Of a stretch of DNA of 64,000 nucleotides, positions 63,261 to 64,000 are shown one piece after another. The stretch lies in contig QEVP01000006.1 of the NCBI GenBank assembly GCA_003576765.1, forward strand, positions 5,116-69,115, written 5' to 3'. The DNA is from Pseudomonadota bacterium. Lineage in GTDB: Bacteria > Pseudomonadota > Alphaproteobacteria > Rhizobiales > Xanthobacteraceae. The first letter of the stretch is position 1. The number at the start of each line of letters is the position of its first letter. The position numbers and the translations under genes were made by a program. The notes beneath the pieces are model-generated. The model was given only the letters and a program-made list of their open reading frames with translations, was not told where the DNA came from and searched no databases.

Positions 63261-64000
63261 ATGACCGACGACGGCGCGGCAAAACCCCCGGCGACCGCAG
63301 CGGGCGCGGACAAGATCCGCTGCGATGCCTGTCCGGTGATGTGCTACATCAAGCCCGGCAACACCGGCGCCTGCGACCGCTACGCCAACGAGGACGGCCG
63401 CCTGGTGCGGGTCGATCCGCATGTGCTGCTGGAGCGCACGCTGTCGCAGGGCGGCGATGTGGTGCCGTTCCAGAAGGCCGGCGACTGGGACGGCAAGATC
63501 GTTCCCGACAGCGAGGTGTTCGTCACCGCGATCGGCGCCGGCACCACCTATCCCGACTACAAGCCAGCCCCCTTCATCGTGTCGTCGGAGATCGACGGCA
63601 TCGACATGGTCACGGTGGTGACCGAAGGCATCTTCAGCTACTGCGGCGTCAAGGTGAAGATCGACACCGACCGCCATCTCGGCCCCGAGACCGCCACGGT
63701 GCGCGTCGAGGGCGAGGCGGTCGGCCATGTTACCACCGGCGAATACGGCTCGCAGATGCTGTCGCTCGGCGGCGTCAACCACCTCACCGGCGGCTCGAAG
63801 AAGGAAGGCCGCGTCACCTGCGATGCCCTGATGGCGCTGTGCAACGGCGAGCCGGTCGAGATGACCATCGACGACGGCGTCACGGTGCTGGTACAGGCCG
63901 GGCAGCCGCCGGTGGTCAACGGCGTGCGCGAGGAGCGCATGCGCGTCGGCTGCGGCTCGGCGACCATCGGCATGTTCGCCAAGCAGTGGCTCGGCAAGGT
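63261..64000 (+). CDS. Fe-S protein, 5' part (continues beyond the window). It resembles proteins I recall being annotated 6-hydroxynicotinate reductase.
   Basis: ATG 63261. The frame is open to the window end with GC3-rich codons (absent from the ORF track because there is no stop). N-terminal Cys cluster IRCDACPVMCYIKPGNTGACDRY. Confidence 0.55.
   Translation, partial: MTDDGAAKPPATAAGADKIRCDACPVMCYIKPGNTGACDRYANEDGRLVRVDPHVLLERTLSQGGDVVPFQKAGDWDGKIVPDSEVFVTAIGAGTTYPDYKPAPFIVSSEIDGIDMVTVVTEGIFSYCGVKVKIDTDRHLGPETATVRVEGEAVGHVTTGEYGSQMLSLGGVNHLTGGSKKEGRVTCDALMALCNGEPVEMTIDDGVTVLVQAGQPPVVNGVREERMRVGCGSATIGMFAKQWLGK

Noticed and set aside
63207-63997. Minus-strand ORFs 63207-63782 and 63638-63997 at the right edge.
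   Set aside because: They lie antisense to a plus-strand frame that stays open to the window end, has GC3-rich codons and has a clear Fe-S cysteine motif.

Overview
This is a visibly high-G+C chromosomal segment (G+C not computed). Its gene content and synteny are typical of a free-living alphaproteobacterium of the Bradyrhizobium/Rhodopseudomonas/Afipia type: rplU-rpmA-GNAT-obg-proB-proA, ccrM, cpdR/zinc-ribbon/ftsEX, tyrC-hisC-chorismate mutase, metXW and clpB. About 65 protein-coding genes are supported. I found no rRNA, tRNA, CRISPR array, transposase, integrase or recognisable defence system, so most of the window is ordinary core genome. ORF starts were re-picked from the six-frame track, because many track ORFs carry spurious N-terminal extensions or are GC-driven antisense artefacts. 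Seven regions go beyond routine annotation. (1) A Zur-box-controlled operon opens with an unlisted-function 62-aa His-rich membrane peptide. It continues through znuCBA to a His-rich COG0523 GTPase that is translationally coupled to a WD40 protein. (2) A small accessory-looking island (55.2-59.0 kb) carries a bacterial alternative oxidase, a pseudoazurin, a DUF2249 operon, an AhpD-like protein and an NnrR/Dnr-class Crp/Fnr regulator. TTGCG-N4-CGCAA boxes lie in front of the pseudoazurin and aox genes. (3) A NicAB-type two-gene molybdo-hydroxylase has a large subunit fused to a tri-haem cytochrome c. It sits divergent from an Fe-S protein that I recall being annotated as 6-hydroxynicotinate reductase. 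(4) An ASKHA/ROK-like kinase has its motifs in circularly permuted order and ends in a polycationic tail. (5) Three families of intergenic repeats are present, one of which butts directly onto stop codons. (6) GGAAC-N16-CGTT general-stress-type promoters lie upstream of sodB (exact match) and of a DUF937 gene (GGTT instead of CGTT at -10). (7) A probable SAM-II riboswitch with a terminator/antiterminator platform precedes metX. All family assignments come from motif recognition by eye. No database search was run.
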